DNA from: Chrysomallon squamiferum
Taxonomy: Eukaryota; Animalia; Mollusca
NCBI GenBank assembly: GCA_012295275.1
Contig: CM022674.1
Span: 10,850,001 to 10,914,000 of the forward strand
Length of the DNA: 64,000 nt
Direction: 5' to 3'
In this document: positions 61,925 through 64,000 of the stretch, piece by piece
How positions within the stretch are numbered: the first letter of the stretch is position 1
How the letters are laid out: each line of letters opens with the position of its first letter
Made by a program: the position numbers and the translations under genes
Notes under the pieces: generated by a model
The model's input: the letters and a program-made list of their open reading frames with translations, nothing else
Database searches by the model: none
What the model was told of the DNA's origin: nothing

Positions 61925-62039
61925 GATGAACCGGTAAATGGCTTTCTTTCACCGATATTCCAAAGCAGGCGTCAATCTATTTTTTGAGCTGTGCTGTAAT
62001 TTGATTTATTTCTGATCAGCTTATTTGTTTATTTGTTTG

Positions 62040-62077
<38 letters not shown>

Positions 62078-62153
62078 TGTGTGTTTGTGTGTGTGTGTGT
62101 CTGTCTGTGTGTGTGTGTGTGTCTGTGTGTTTGTGTGTGTGTGTGTCTGTGTG

Positions 62154-62186
<33 letters not shown>

Positions 62187-62562
62187 TGTCTGTGTGTTTG
62201 TGTTTGTGCGTGTTCATTTGTGTGTTTTATTTCATTGTTAGTTTTTCTGTTTTGTTCGATCAGCTACTTTTTCATTTGTTCATTTATTTTGCCGTTCACA
62301 ATGGTTTATTTATGTGTTTATGTGAATAATGGTTTCTTTAACCTTGAACATGTATTTGTATGTAGAGTACGATAATTAGTTTTATAAACATATTTACTGA
62401 TTGAGGTATTTATTATTATTTATAATCAAGAACAATACACACACAAAGCCATAAATTCAATCATATTCATAGAGACAGATACACCCACAAACGTACATAT
62501 ACACATAAATAGAAAAATAACAGAAAATAGTAATAACAAATAATAGTTGTTATTTATTTTTA

Positions 62563-62594
<32 letters not shown>

Positions 62595-63904
62595 GGCAGA
62601 TTGCCAAGGGAAATTACTCTGTTTTTTTTCTTTGATCACAATTTGCGCTTGTTTGTCCAAATTATTTTTCCTGGTATCGCAGTTGTGAAATTTTTGTTAT
62701 AAGTTATCTGCTACACAAGGCGTGTTAAACATATTTAGCTTATAATGCTTAAAATAAGTTTAAGAAAAATTACATTAATGTTCATTTGTATTAAAAAATA
62801 AATTATCTTGATAATAAGAAAAAAATCAGTTACGACAAAAATAAATTTTATCTAAATCGGAATAAAAAGAAAGAAAAAAAAAGAACTCAAATACGAACGG
62901 AATGGGATTTTCCTTTTTATTCGAGGGTGTTTCGTTTTATTTTTATTTAATTGGGAGGTAGGGGTGGTACAGTGTTTCTCCGTAATATATAATATTGTTT
63001 AAATTTTGCACAAAATTTCACATGAATTCTCTCTGTAATCCCGAAGAACGCAGAAATAATAATATATAAATAAAGAAAATTCAAACACATGAACATTAAA
63101 CGAAATTAAATAAATAGATTTTAAAATAAATAAAAATATAGTAAGAAAGAGGGCAATTTTTTTTTTATAGAGTAATAATAATAAATCGAAATATTCAAAT
63201 TTTGTTTACTAATATGTTAGATAATTTTTTCAGGGCATTAAGCTCATGACGAATGATTATAGCTGGAGGCAAAACTGATATTAAGATTTTCCCTCATTTC
63301 TTCAAATTATAACACAGTTGTCACCAGTACAAGATGTTAATCATTTCTGTCACGTTAGTATTTACTATTTTACTTGAAATTAATACTATAACCCAAGTTT
63401 CTACAAACAAATATAGCCAGCAGAAAGTATAGCTACACACAACACTGCTAGATAAGGATTAAAGAAAGAAAATAGTATTTACGAATGACAAAAATTACGA
63501 GAGAACTGTAATAACGACAACAATTGAAATGATATTAATGTCGACACTAATATATAATTATTGCTGTCAGTTTGACACTGTACTGCGATAATAATAATTT
63601 TTTAGTATGTTTGTTAATTAATGGTTTTTTTTTTAATTAATAAGTTGATAGTGGAAATTATAAGGGGTGGTGAAGATAATAGTAAAAGTAGCAGTAGTAG
63701 TAATAAAATATAAGCATCACTATTAGAAGTGGTAATAGCAATAGCAGTAGTAATAGAAATAGTAGGATGGAGTAGAAGTACTGTTCTGTAATCAGTGTTG
63801 TAATAGTATGCTAATAGTGATGCTAAAACTACTAATGACACTAGTTATTCTCTACTACTATTACTACTACTTCTATTATTATTGATGTTGCAGTGGTAGT
63901 GTCG

Positions 63905-63976
63905 GTGGTTGTGGTGTTGTTATCGAGGTGGTTGTGGTGTTGTTATGGAGGTGGTTGTGGTGTTGTTATGGAGGTG
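63905..63976. repeat. 21-bp tandem repeat, ~3 copies
   Basis: ggtggttgtggtgttgttatgga-like units. Confidence 0.75.
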
Positions 63977-64000
63977 TCTGTAGTTGTATAAAACTATGTA

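Overview
AT-rich, microsatellite-dense eukaryotic DNA from an animal, probably an invertebrate. A mollusc such as a cephalopod is plausible, but this is inference from composition only. Almost all ORFs in the supplied track are microsatellite artefacts. The main content is a complete spliced neprilysin-type M13 zinc metallopeptidase gene on the minus strand: 21 shared coding exons (27943 down to stop at 15533, 2206 nt) with canonical GT-AG sites and consistent phases, and the motifs TM anchor, VNAFY, HEITH, ENIADNGG, HSP and C-terminal CYVW. Three separate ATG-initiated upstream exons (32449-32498, 44352-44476, 58877-58950) each end in phase 2 and would splice in frame to the TM exon, suggesting alternative promoters and three cytoplasmic tails. 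The long 5' introns hold a ~41-copy 50-bp minisatellite whose unit folds into a hairpin, a ~470-bp foldback and other tandem arrays. An imperfect inverted repeat lies just downstream of the 45-nt exon. Downstream of the gene are an internally deleted Tigger/pogo element (11592-12286) and a CpG-rich promoter or first-exon region (~10320-10720), probably of the next minus-strand gene, whose CpG-poor body appears to fill 1-10300.
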